A DNA stretch of 64,000 bases from Histomonas meleagridis 2922-C6/04-290x (lineage: Eukaryota > Protista > Parabasalia). The translations under genes were made by a program, and so were the position numbers. Positions 10,837 to 20,202 of this stretch are shown piece by piece (position 1 is the stretch's first letter; each line of letters opens with the position of its first letter). The DNA lies in assembly GCA_020184695.1 (NCBI GenBank), contig JAANOX010000081.1:62001-126000 (forward strand), read 5' to 3'. The notes below the pieces were generated by a model. The model saw nothing but the letters and a program-made list of their open reading frames with translations. It searched no databases and was not told the origin of the DNA.

Positions 10837-12062
10837 ACACCAAAGTTCATCGTCTTAAAAAGTTGCCTTTATTATTTGTGAAATATCAAATTATTAAAAT
10901 AAATTTCAAATAAAACAAACAAATATTTTTAGCATTAATATCAATTCCTTCTTGTTCAAGAAGGAATTTAACTATTTCCGTAAAACTTTCTTTAGATGCC
11001 AAAATAAGCGCTGTTTGAAATAATTTAAATAATTTCCAAAAATTATTTTGTTATCCAAAATGATTAAAATAAATTTTATCTTTAGCATTAATATCAATTC
11101 CTTCTTGTTCAAGAAGTAATTTAACGATTTCTATATAACCTTTATTAGTTGCATATATAAGTGCTGTTTGAAATAATTTATATAAATTCCAAATATTATT
11201 TTGAAATATCAAATTTTTAAAATAAGTATCAAATAAAATAAAGAGATATCTCCTGCATTTACATTAATTCCTTCTTTTTCAAGAAGTAATTTAACTATTT
11301 CTGTATGACCTTTTTCAGATGCATACATAAGTGCTGTTTCAAATAATTTAAATAATTTCCAAATATTGTTTTTATATATAAAATTATTAAAATAAATTTT
11401 AAATAAAACAAATAAATATTTTTAGCATTAATATCAATTCCTTCTTGTTCAAGAAGTAATTGAACTATTTCTGTATATCCTTTTTCAGATGCATACATAA
11501 GTGCTGTTTTAAATAAACTAAATAATTTCCAAATATTATTTTGAAATAAAAAATTATTAAAATAAATTCTAATTAAAACATATAAATAGCTTTTGTATTG
11601 ATATCAATTCCCTTATGATCAAGAAGCAATTTAACTATTTCAGCGTGACCATAATAAGATGCGTTCATAAGTGGTGATTCAAATTATTTGAATAATTTCC
11701 AAATATTATTTTGAAATATAAAATTATTAAAATAAACCAAAAATAAAACAAAAAATAACTTTTTCATTAACATCAATTCCTTCTTGTTCAAGAAGTAATT
11801 TAACTATTTCAGTGTGACCATTTTTGGATGCAATCATAAGTGCTGTTTCAAATAAATTGATTTTCCAAATATTATTTTGATGACATAAAATTATTTAAAT
11901 AAATAATATCTTTAGCATTTATATCAATTCCTTTTTGTTCAATTAGTAATTTAACTATTTCTGTATAACCTTTTTCAGATGCATACATAAGTGCTGTTTT
12001 AAATAATTTTAATAATTTCTAAATATTATTTTGAAACTATAAATCAACAAAATAAACATAAA

Positions 12063-13238
12063 TTAAAACAAACAATCTCTAGCATTGATATCAATTCCTT
12101 TTTGTTTTAATATATATTTAACGAGCTCAATATTTCCTGATGCCGAGGAAAAGATTAAAATTTCATTTGGATATTGATAGATTTTAAGAAAATATTTAAC
12201 AAGATATAAATTTCCATATTTTGCTGATTTATGTATAATTTCATTGATTTTTATTCCTTCTTTTTGCAAAAATGTTAAAATTTCATAATTACAAAATTTT
12301 ATGCATTTCTTTCCTAATTCTTCCAAATTATTATTTTCAACAATATTGTTTTCATAAAGATATTTAAAGATATCATTTCGATGAAACATAATTGCGATTT
12401 CATATGCATATTTAAATGAAGAATGATTTTGTTCACATAAATGAATTATTTCTTCATTTCCACCTGCAATTGCATAATTGCCTGTGTTTTCTACATTTGC
12501 ACCATTCATAAGTAAATATTTAAAACATTTAACTGATCCGAAAAAAGCTGCATAATCAATTAATGAAACATTATCTTCATTTATAAAATCACATCTTTCA
12601 TAAATTGATGGTTCAATATATTTATTAAAATTGAAATCATTTTGTGATGATATTTCTTGAAGTTTTTCGATTTCATCATTTCGCATTGTTTTTGCAATTT
12701 CATTTGGATTATTTCCTTCTTTAATTAACTTCTTATGAAGTGCCCAATCATTCTTTGAAAGTTCTTCAATATTTTCTCTAAATATACTTTTTAATTGTGC
12801 ATTATTAAATTCATTAATTTCTTTGTTTGTCATATATTGAATAAAATATATATTTTTTCGATTTTTTATGCATTTTATTTCAATAATATTTTGTTCTATC
12901 ATATTTGATAAAAGAATATTATTTAAATTGGAATCGGAGCTATTAAGGTATCGTACGAGAACATCCACTAATTTGTATTTACAATTAATTTTCTCTTCAA
13001 ATGATTCAATAATTTTTATAAAATCGAAACTTGTATCAATGTTATATAATCGACTATTAATTGAATCCCAAAGCATTTTTGTAATCATAAGGTTGAAAGA
13101 ATATGGATTATTTAAATCAATCATATCAGTAATTAATTTTGCTGATTGTGTAATCTTTCCTTTTTTCAAACCAAAAATTATTTGTTCAAGAAGTTGAAGT
13201 TTCTCCAATTCTTTAATGCTTGAATTTTCTTCTGCCAT
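12063..13238 (-). CDS. DUF3447-type ankyrin-repeat protein, N-terminal ORF (locus 1)
   Basis: SLIDYAAFFGSVKCFKYLLMNGA, YAIAGGNEEIIHLCEQ and AIMFHRNDIFKYL are typical of the parabasalid DUF3447/ankyrin family. The ORF ends ...GIDINARD|CLF* on entering the first spacer. Confidence 0.85.
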   Translation of the reverse strand: MAEENSSIKELEKLQLLEQIIFGLKKGKITQSAKLITDMIDLNNPYSFNLMITKMLWDSINSRLYNIDTSFDFIKIIESFEEKINCKYKLVDVLVRYLNSSDSNLNNILLSNMIEQNIIEIKCIKNRKNIYFIQYMTNKEINEFNNAQLKSIFRENIEELSKNDWALHKKLIKEGNNPNEIAKTMRNDEIEKLQEISSQNDFNFNKYIEPSIYERCDFINEDNVSLIDYAAFFGSVKCFKYLLMNGANVENTGNYAIAGGNEEIIHLCEQNHSSFKYAYEIAIMFHRNDIFKYLYENNIVENNNLEELGKKCIKFCNYEILTFLQKEGIKINEIIHKSAKYGNLYLVKYFLKIYQYPNEILIFSSASGNIELVKYILKQKGIDINARDCLF

Positions 13239-13478
13239 TTGATGAAATAGTCACTTTTTTCGTCAAATAAGTTTTCCTGAAAACTTTGATTCAATAAGAA
13301 AAAAAATATATCAGAACATATTTACACTGAGAGATACAGCATTGAAAGACTCTTTACGAAGGACTTCAAAAGTATTTTGGTTTCCATATTTATTACTAAT
13401 CATAATTTAAAAATTAACATTTCAAGGAAATCATTTTACTATTTAACAAACAAAAAGCAAAACTCATTTATGTATATT

Positions 13479-15074
13479 TTATTTACCAACATTTTTTATA
13501 TCTTTCATTAAGGCATTTCCTTCCGCCACGCTTTCCTCATCAAACAATAACTTTTCCGCATAAAACTGCGCCTTTTCCACTTTCCTTTTGCTCATATAAT
13601 ACTGTGCCAAGAATGTTATTGCTTCTTTTGCTTCGTCTTTTTTGGGATTATTCTCTTTCATAACTTCTTCTTCGTTACTAACGAAATTCTCAATGAAACT
13701 TTCGTAGCAAAACGCAGCTTTATCAATATCGGATACTTCCTTATACATCTTAGCAAGCTTAAAAATCGCTTCGCCTTCGTTATCGACGTTACAAACTGCA
13801 CGTTGATAACATCTGATTGCATTTTCTTTTTCGTTCAGTTTCTCATAACATTCTCCAAGCGCCATCCAAATTCTTGAATCAAAAGGATTAATTGTAATTG
13901 ATTTCCGATGATATTGAATACTCAAATAAAGCATATTAGACATTTCATATGCACGACCCATTCCATAAAGCGCTCTAAAATCTCGAGGATTTAATTCTAA
14001 TGCTTTAGTATAGGATGCAATTGCACCAGAACAATTCCCAAGCTCAATAAACTCCTGGCCGATAAGCGTCCATACAGAGTGAAAAAGTGGATTGAATTTG
14101 AGAACCATTGAAAATTGTTTGATGGCATCTTGGTGTTGACCGTTAATCGATAGGAAGTTACCGGTCGCAATCAATGACTCAGGAGAAAACTTGTCGATTT
14201 TATGGAGAGTTTGAACAAGAGAAGCTAGACCAGATATATCCCCTTTGACAAATAAGAGATTGGAATAATAATCAAGAGTTTCTACATGGAAAGGATCTTT
14301 TTTGATAAGTTCATCAAATAAAAGTTGGGAATAATCAAAGTCACGATGATGATAATAAGCAGTGGCTTCAATAGATATGACACTCGGAGTACGTGGAATG
14401 TTTAATGTTTGAATAAGCTGAAGTGATGCTTCAGTTTGTTGTAATTCTGAATATAATTCAATGCGAAAAAGAATAGTTGTCCAATGGTCTGGAAGACTTG
14501 AAACTGTGGGCGCTATAACTGACTCGTCACATTGAACTAAAATTGTTCTTAAAAGGATCCAAGCTTCTCGATTCAATGGAAATTCTGTTAATGATTGAAC
14601 TAAGTATTTAAGCGATTCCATTTTATCGCCTGAATGAAGTAATATAAAAGAATATATATATAAGTTTAATGGATCAAGATTAGGTAAAAGGGATTGAATT
14701 TCAAGAATTATTGGTTCATAAATATCGTTTTTTTGTGTTGGCTGAATCGGAATAATTCCCATAAACATTTTAGTATTTTCTTTATCATTTTCATTTGAAT
14801 TTTTAATATCATAAAATTCAGAAAGAAATTTTAATCCAAGGGAATCTTGGTCATCACTATTAATTAATATCTGTATGGCTTTTTTATATTCATGTAGCTG
14901 AAAAAAATTTTGTGCGAGTGATAAATTAGGATTTATTGGTTGGGATTCCAATAAAAAATCATCACTTTCAAAAAGAATAAATTCAAGAACCCATTCTGCA
15001 CTCTTGTAAAGACCTCGAGTCGATAATAGTGAATATGATGATAAGAAATTGGATTTGTTTTCCCCAAAATCCAA
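13479..15074 (-). CDS. CDC23: Anaphase-promoting complex subunit 8 / Cdc23 (TPR); start codon uncertain
   Basis: STRGLYKSAEWVLE (APC8 N-terminus), ETLDYYSNLLFV, WTLIGQEFIEL, NPRDFRALYGMGRAYE and PFDSRIWMALGECYEKL. No ATG lies near the expected start; there is an in-frame TTG at 15074 and upstream ATGs overlap the divergent gene. Confidence 0.85.
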   Translation of the reverse strand: MDFGENKSNFLSSYSLLSTRGLYKSAEWVLEFILFESDDFLLESQPINPNLSLAQNFFQLHEYKKAIQILINSDDQDSLGLKFLSEFYDIKNSNENDKENTKMFMGIIPIQPTQKNDIYEPIILEIQSLLPNLDPLNLYIYSFILLHSGDKMESLKYLVQSLTEFPLNREAWILLRTILVQCDESVIAPTVSSLPDHWTTILFRIELYSELQQTEASLQLIQTLNIPRTPSVISIEATAYYHHRDFDYSQLLFDELIKKDPFHVETLDYYSNLLFVKGDISGLASLVQTLHKIDKFSPESLIATGNFLSINGQHQDAIKQFSMVLKFNPLFHSVWTLIGQEFIELGNCSGAIASYTKALELNPRDFRALYGMGRAYEMSNMLYLSIQYHRKSITINPFDSRIWMALGECYEKLNEKENAIRCYQRAVCNVDNEGEAIFKLAKMYKEVSDIDKAAFCYESFIENFVSNEEEVMKENNPKKDEAKEAITFLAQYYMSKRKVEKAQFYAEKLLFDEESVAEGNALMKDIKNVGK

Positions 15075-15127
15075 AACCTTACTGAAATGTGAAATGAAAA
15101 TTTCAGAAGAACGTTTAATCACAACAA

Positions 15128-15631
15128 ATGTGGAGGGAAGAAAATGATCAATTACAAAGAGCACCAACACCAAAATCATTTGATAAAATGATTGAAGAAC
15201 TTGAGAATAATGACTCCGTATTATTTCAGTCAGTAAATTTTTTAAATTTGAATTCATCAGAAAATCAATCAGATGATATTGATATAATAAATTTAGAAGA
15301 TGAAAAAGAAATAGAAAAAATCAAAGAGCAAATAGAAGCATTAAATATTGCAAATGCGAAAAAAGATAAATTACTTGAAGCAAAGGATAAACAAATTTCA
15401 GAATTAAAGAAAAAAATTCAAAACATTAAAGGATCACAACCACGTGCATCTACTTCACAAGAAATAAGGGCCAAACAAGAATTTGATCTTGTTCAATATT
15501 ACAAAAATCAGTATGAATTAGTTCAACATAAATATCAAAAATTAAAAGAAGCCATTTCCATTGACCGACGTAGCCCACCTCGGAAGTGCTCTTCAGCACG
15601 ACCTATTTCATCTTATCGGAGACATCATTAA
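15128..15631 (+). CDS. Hypothetical coiled-coil protein
   Basis: 167-aa ORF rich in E/K/Q with heptad character; divergent from CDC23. Confidence 0.6.
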   Translation: MWREENDQLQRAPTPKSFDKMIEELENNDSVLFQSVNFLNLNSSENQSDDIDIINLEDEKEIEKIKEQIEALNIANAKKDKLLEAKDKQISELKKKIQNIKGSQPRASTSQEIRAKQEFDLVQYYKNQYELVQHKYQKLKEAISIDRRSPPRKCSSARPISSYRRHH

Positions 15632-15842
15632 TATTTTTTATTTGTTATTATTGATAAATTTAAATATATAAAACTATTTTTTCAAATTTCCTAACATGTT
15701 ATAACAGCAAATTCTCGAGTTTTTAACTCTTTTTTGATATTTTTTAAACGAATATCATTTGAATGCAATATGATCGTTTCCCATTCAACACGACGGTTTA
15801 AAAACGGTTTATCGCAATTTTTTTATTAACAATTAAATTTTG

Positions 15843-18605
15843 TCATTTTAACAAATCCATCAGCACGAATTTCATGTTTTGATAGTAGGAGAATATCACT
15901 GGATGCTTTGTCACATCCATTTCACGTGCCTCATTCAAATTCTCAAGCATATATTGGACATTCTTCACCATGAATTTTCTCAATTCTTCAGCATCAGTCG
16001 TTATATCCTCATCAGCTGCATCTATTTTTGGTACGCTTTGTATTATTTTCCTTGTGAATGGAGCTAATTCCATTACAGTTCTCGTTTGAGCATATTTTGG
16101 TTCACAAATTACCCATTCTAAATCGTCGAATGCCTTTTCATGAGTTTTCTTTGTGCTACCAAAAGTCATATCGAAGAATGGTCTTAATGTAATCTTTAAA
16201 AACCTAAAAAATGGAATTAATGGATGACGGTTACCGCAGTTAACCGCCAACATCAAAATTAAACATCTCAAAAAGTAGAAACTTTTGTTGTCAATAATTG
16301 AGAACATTGAGAAGATAACGGTCAACAAGTCAATTCCGTTATCGACCTCATTCAAAATTATGTTTGTAATTAACGTCTGCAGCCAATCCTCAGCTATAGA
16401 GATAAACATTATCATTAAAGCTGTAGTGTATCTTGTTCTTTCCTTAAATAGTTTAGAGAAAGGCACTAATGAAATCTCAGCATTTATAATCGTTCTCATG
16501 AAGAAATCAATTCGTTTCTTGGATGCCATAATGTTAAATATCATTTTAGGATATTTAAATCCAATTTCGAAATGATTTAATAAAATGATAGGTAAGATAG
16601 GAAAAGGAGAAATTATTGCTTCGATGATTTGCCCATTTTCAGTGAGCGTAGGTGAATGTGAAGATAATATAAATATATAAAGACTAAGTAAGCTGACACT
16701 TTTGTTCTGTGAAATGTCATTGATAAGTGAAACCCATAAACTAGTGAAAATGTCGCTATCGGTCGTGAAGATTGATGGCGTTTGTTCACCATTGTAAACT
16801 TTAAATGATGTAGAATCGATACTTGCAGCAAGTGTTTTCGTAGATAATTGAAGTTGTTTATCACCTGTGTTTAATATCCCAGAGGCTAATAAATGTGAAC
16901 TTGTAAATGGTACCTTCCGACCTTTAACATGTAAATTACCGCAAAATATTGGTATGTCTTCAATTGGTATCATGCTAAATGGAAAGATTTCTTCGATAAG
17001 TTGTGACTTGGCACCAATTTCAAAAAGTAAATTTAGTTTTTCATGGATGTTAGGTGCTTGTTCAAGTGATGAAGCACGTAGAATAAAGTCAAAGTCAGTA
17101 TTGTTATGATCAAGCGGATATAATAAATTAGAAATAAATTGAAACTTCGAAAGTTCGGATTGTGATGAGCCAAGAATGTTAATTTGGCTCGGATGGTATT
17201 GGTAGAAACCAATTGAGAGAGGAATACGTGATGTATTTGGTCCAATTTTGATATTATAATTACGTTTTGTTGAATCAATGCTGGAAACAGAGTGTGACAT
17301 AGTAAAGATACTCTCGGAAATGTTCTCGACAGCTTCTGATGGAGAAAGATCAAGAATAACAGTTTGGTTGAGAAGATCTTGATATGACAAATAAGGAACA
17401 TAACTTTCAGGTAAAGAATCTTTGGAGTCGGTGCTGTCTGAAAAGAATTTAAACCATGGGCTTTTGACTTGAATAGTAGAATTTGTAGATTTATATGTAT
17501 TAAGATCAATTGAATTGTAAACATCTTCATAAACAACTGTATATGGCTTCGTAAGTACATCCATATCGCTTGAAGTGAAATCATTGAACAATATTTTAGG
17601 ATTTAATCGTCTGTTTGTATGTCTTGATAATGGTTGTAGAATCCTGGGCTTATTTTCTGTAAGGTTGGCTGAATGTTTAGAAGATTTATCTTTTGGTTCG
17701 ATGTCACTTCCATTTGACTTCTTTCTCTTCTTTGGACGTGACGATAAAAAGTCAATCAATTTCGAATTTAACTGAAGTCTGTTCGAATCATCAAACGGCT
17801 TCTTATAGAGCCCTTTTGGTGGGACTAAGTCTGTAAAATCATCAATGGGGTTATCATCATCAAGGAAAGGTTCTATTTGGTTGTTTTTTGGAAAAGTAAT
17901 AAATGAATCATCTGAGTCAGATTCAAATTCAACTTCAACTCGATAGTTATCTGTTAAATATTCTGAATCGTGACATATGCTTGGGGGTGGAATACTTGGA
18001 ATAAGTTCAGGTACAAGAAATTTGGATTTATCACGAAGAGAGCGCTTTTGTATGATTTCTGCTAAATCATTAATAGAATCTCTTTTACGTTCTCGCCGAT
18101 GACGCCTGTGCTTGGTTGGAAGTTTTTTTAGTAGGTTTTCAGATACATTTGATCGAGAATTTTTTCGACTCATATGAACAGGACGAACAATTCGTTTATT
18201 TGCTGTATCTGGGTTATCCTTGTAATTTGATACTGTTCTCACTCTTCTGGTCGCTTTCATGGCGTTAAAATTGACTAATGGTTGATTTTGTTCAGGAACA
18301 AGATCGCTAGAAATAAAAGATCCTACATCTTTTTGCTGTATTAACGCAGCATTTGCGGATGATTGAGATCTTTTGTGTCTTCTTGAATGTATTTGTATTT
18401 TTGATTCAGAATGGTTGATTTCATTTTCTTCGTGTGTTAAAGTTTGCGCGAAATTTGGATTTGATAATTGTGGTGGGAGAGGAGGGATCCCAGTTAAAAG
18501 ATTTTGTGGATTTCCGTTGTTCATTGTGCTCCCAACAAAATGGCTTTGAACAATCCAACCGTTTTCTCTCACAAAATTTTGAAAGGATTTCAGAATGTTA
18601 TTCAT
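15843..18605 (-). CDS. Hypothetical 920-aa protein (low-complexity basic N-terminus; C-terminal helical domain, weakly RasGAP-like); start may be 18524
   Basis: Long uninterrupted ORF. IINAEIS...LFKERTRYTTAL loosely resembles the RasGAP 'LFRxNS' region (weak). Confidence 0.6.
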   Translation of the reverse strand: MNNILKSFQNFVRENGWIVQSHFVGSTMNNGNPQNLLTGIPPLPPQLSNPNFAQTLTHEENEINHSESKIQIHSRRHKRSQSSANAALIQQKDVGSFISSDLVPEQNQPLVNFNAMKATRRVRTVSNYKDNPDTANKRIVRPVHMSRKNSRSNVSENLLKKLPTKHRRHRRERKRDSINDLAEIIQKRSLRDKSKFLVPELIPSIPPPSICHDSEYLTDNYRVEVEFESDSDDSFITFPKNNQIEPFLDDDNPIDDFTDLVPPKGLYKKPFDDSNRLQLNSKLIDFLSSRPKKRKKSNGSDIEPKDKSSKHSANLTENKPRILQPLSRHTNRRLNPKILFNDFTSSDMDVLTKPYTVVYEDVYNSIDLNTYKSTNSTIQVKSPWFKFFSDSTDSKDSLPESYVPYLSYQDLLNQTVILDLSPSEAVENISESIFTMSHSVSSIDSTKRNYNIKIGPNTSRIPLSIGFYQYHPSQINILGSSQSELSKFQFISNLLYPLDHNNTDFDFILRASSLEQAPNIHEKLNLLFEIGAKSQLIEEIFPFSMIPIEDIPIFCGNLHVKGRKVPFTSSHLLASGILNTGDKQLQLSTKTLAASIDSTSFKVYNGEQTPSIFTTDSDIFTSLWVSLINDISQNKSVSLLSLYIFILSSHSPTLTENGQIIEAIISPFPILPIILLNHFEIGFKYPKMIFNIMASKKRIDFFMRTIINAEISLVPFSKLFKERTRYTTALMIMFISIAEDWLQTLITNIILNEVDNGIDLLTVIFSMFSIIDNKSFYFLRCLILMLAVNCGNRHPLIPFFRFLKITLRPFFDMTFGSTKKTHEKAFDDLEWVICEPKYAQTRTVMELAPFTRKIIQSVPKIDAADEDITTDAEELRKFMVKNVQYMLENLNEAREMDVTKHPVIFSYYQNMKFVLMDLLK

Positions 18606-18860
18606 TCAGAAATAAGAATGTTTTATTTTAGAATATCCTCTAATCCTCTCTCCTACACTTCCTCCCTTATCACTATGGAGCTTAAAATTTTATGGCGTGC
18701 TATAATAGAAAATTATAATAAAAGTTATGATCATAATTAAATTTTTGTATAATATGATTTTTCAATTCTAATTTTGTTCGCTTTTGGTAGTATAAATGAA
18801 AAGCCCTCTTAATTTTTATAAAAAATACAATTCTTTCTTGTTTCTTTCTTGGCTGCTTTT

Positions 18861-18904
18861 AACGGTCATCATCGACGGTTATGCATGGCTCGACCTTTCT
18901 GCAA
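18861..18904 (+). promoter_or_regulatory. Two M3-like motifs plus M5 core promoter of RPS26
   Basis: AACGGTCA (18861), GACGGTTA (18874) and CCTTT (18894), ending 6 nt before the ATG. Confidence 0.6.
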
Positions 18905-19249
18905 ATGCCTCAAAAGAGAAGGAACTGTGGACGTTCTAAAATGAACGCTGGTCGTAAGAAGATTGTTAACTGCATGAACTGCGGTCGTATGGTACCACGT
19001 GATAAAGCCATCAAGCGTTTCCTTACAAAGAATATGGTTGATAGTTCATCTGCTAAGGATGTTATGGATGCATCAATCTACAAAGAATATGAATTCCCAA
19101 AGACATACCAAAAGTGCTTCTACTGTGTTTCATGTGCTTGCCATCGTCGTATTGTTCGTGTTCGTAATGCCAACCTTCGTCATGTTCGTGTTCCATTTTT
19201 CTTAAAGCAACAACGTGAACGCGCTGAGGGCCGTCAAAAGAAGGAATAA
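18905..19249 (+). CDS. RPS26: 40S ribosomal protein S26 (eS26)
   Basis: MPQKRRNCGRSK...VNCMNCGRMVPRDKAIKRF...YCVSCACHRRIVRVR. Confidence 0.95.
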   Translation: MPQKRRNCGRSKMNAGRKKIVNCMNCGRMVPRDKAIKRFLTKNMVDSSSAKDVMDASIYKEYEFPKTYQKCFYCVSCACHRRIVRVRNANLRHVRVPFFLKQQRERAEGRQKKE

Positions 19250-19344
19250 ATAATTTAATTAAATAATTATTAATTTTAAAATTCCAATTAAATTCTGATT
19301 TTTTATTCAAAGCAATTACATTTGTCACATTTGATTATTTGATA

Positions 19345-20130
19345 TTAATTGTTTCCAGCTTCAATACTTCTAATTGCAAACAATGAATATCGGCTTTTTT
19401 CGGCTGTTTGAAACCTCCTTGCTATCAGAGACTTGTATATACCCGGAGTAGCTGATGTACTAGATGAACTTAAATTATCTTTCAATAATGATTCACCGAG
19501 AAAACTCCGTCTAACAGGAATTTCGTTGGCTTCTGCTTCATCTGGAACATCAAAATCTGTTTTAGAAACGGATAACTGCGTTGCTGGAAATGCACCATAT
19601 GGTTGAGCTTGTGATGATGTTGGAACAGTTGATGTTTTGTCAGGATATTGTTTCTTCCATGGACTTACAGGGTAAGGTTGAGCTGTTTGCTGCTGCCCAT
19701 ATGAAAATTGTGTTCCTTGATTGCTTGTTCCAAATCCGGTTCCAAATCCAGTTTGTTGAGGTGGTTTACAGAATCCATGTGAAAGATAATCATAGTAGCG
19801 AAGCTCTTCGATAGTATATTGCTTGAAGATATCATAATTAATGATATGATGCACTGCAAATGGTTGTTCACTTCCAGCTTCTTGTACAAAAATCTGTACT
19901 GTCGTTGGCTCAAAGTTTATACCATTTGTGGTTGCTGGTACCGACTGCTTATTTTGTGTTTGTGTTGCAGTAATTCCTAAATTAGTTCCAGTATTTGTTA
20001 GCCAATTCGAACCAGCTCCAGTACCAGTTTTTCCCTGGGTAGTACCAGTTTTGTTTTGAGTTGTTCCAGTTTTGTTTTGTGTTCCCCAGCCGGCGTTTGT
20101 TGAAGGTTTCGAATTCTGCCTTCCCCACAT
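19345..20130 (-). CDS. Short Nup98/Nup116-like nucleoporin with a GLEBS (Rae1/Gle2-binding) motif
   Basis: INFEPTT...HHIINYDIFKQYTIEELRYYDY aligns with GLEBS (KFNPPT...HQCITAMKEYESKSLEELRLEDY). The flanks are T/G/Q/N-rich with GFG/WG motifs. Confidence 0.6.
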   Translation of the reverse strand: MWGRQNSKPSTNAGWGTQNKTGTTQNKTGTTQGKTGTGAGSNWLTNTGTNLGITATQTQNKQSVPATTNGINFEPTTVQIFVQEAGSEQPFAVHHIINYDIFKQYTIEELRYYDYLSHGFCKPPQQTGFGTGFGTSNQGTQFSYGQQQTAQPYPVSPWKKQYPDKTSTVPTSSQAQPYGAFPATQLSVSKTDFDVPDEAEANEIPVRRSFLGESLLKDNLSSSSTSATPGIYKSLIARRFQTAEKSRYSLFAIRSIEAGNN

Positions 20131-20202
20131 ATGTGAACGTTTATTTAAGACTATGCAAGTGACCGTTAATACGCAAAAAGTGCTAACATATGTTTATTAT
20201 GC

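Larger units (their letters stand above)
9383..12077 (-). other. Array of 11 intact ankyrin-repeat coding blocks separated by AT-rich intervening sequences (3' part of the gene starting at 13238)
   Basis: Each block encodes TAL(M/I)xASxxG(Y/H)TEIVKLLLEQEGIDINAK(D/N). First-codon (mostly Thr) positions are 11997, 11846, 11677, 11507, 11337, 11167, 11014, 9974, 9821, 9651 and 9481. There are no stops or indels inside the blocks. Confidence 0.9.

Noticed and set aside
11380-11410. -1 ribosomal frameshift (U UUA AAA plus downstream stem) as the general read-through mechanism
   Set aside because: The geometry fits this unit, but other spacers have stops in the landing frame (TAG at -24 in the first unit; TAA/TGA near the 3' end) or lack the heptamer.
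11338-11420. Canonical GT...AG (GTTTTA...AAACAG) or AT...AC reading of the ankyrin spacers
   Set aside because: Using the AG or AC in ACAG removes the conserved Thr, gives 29-30-aa repeats or a wrong frame, and many units lack the GT. There is no branch-point motif.
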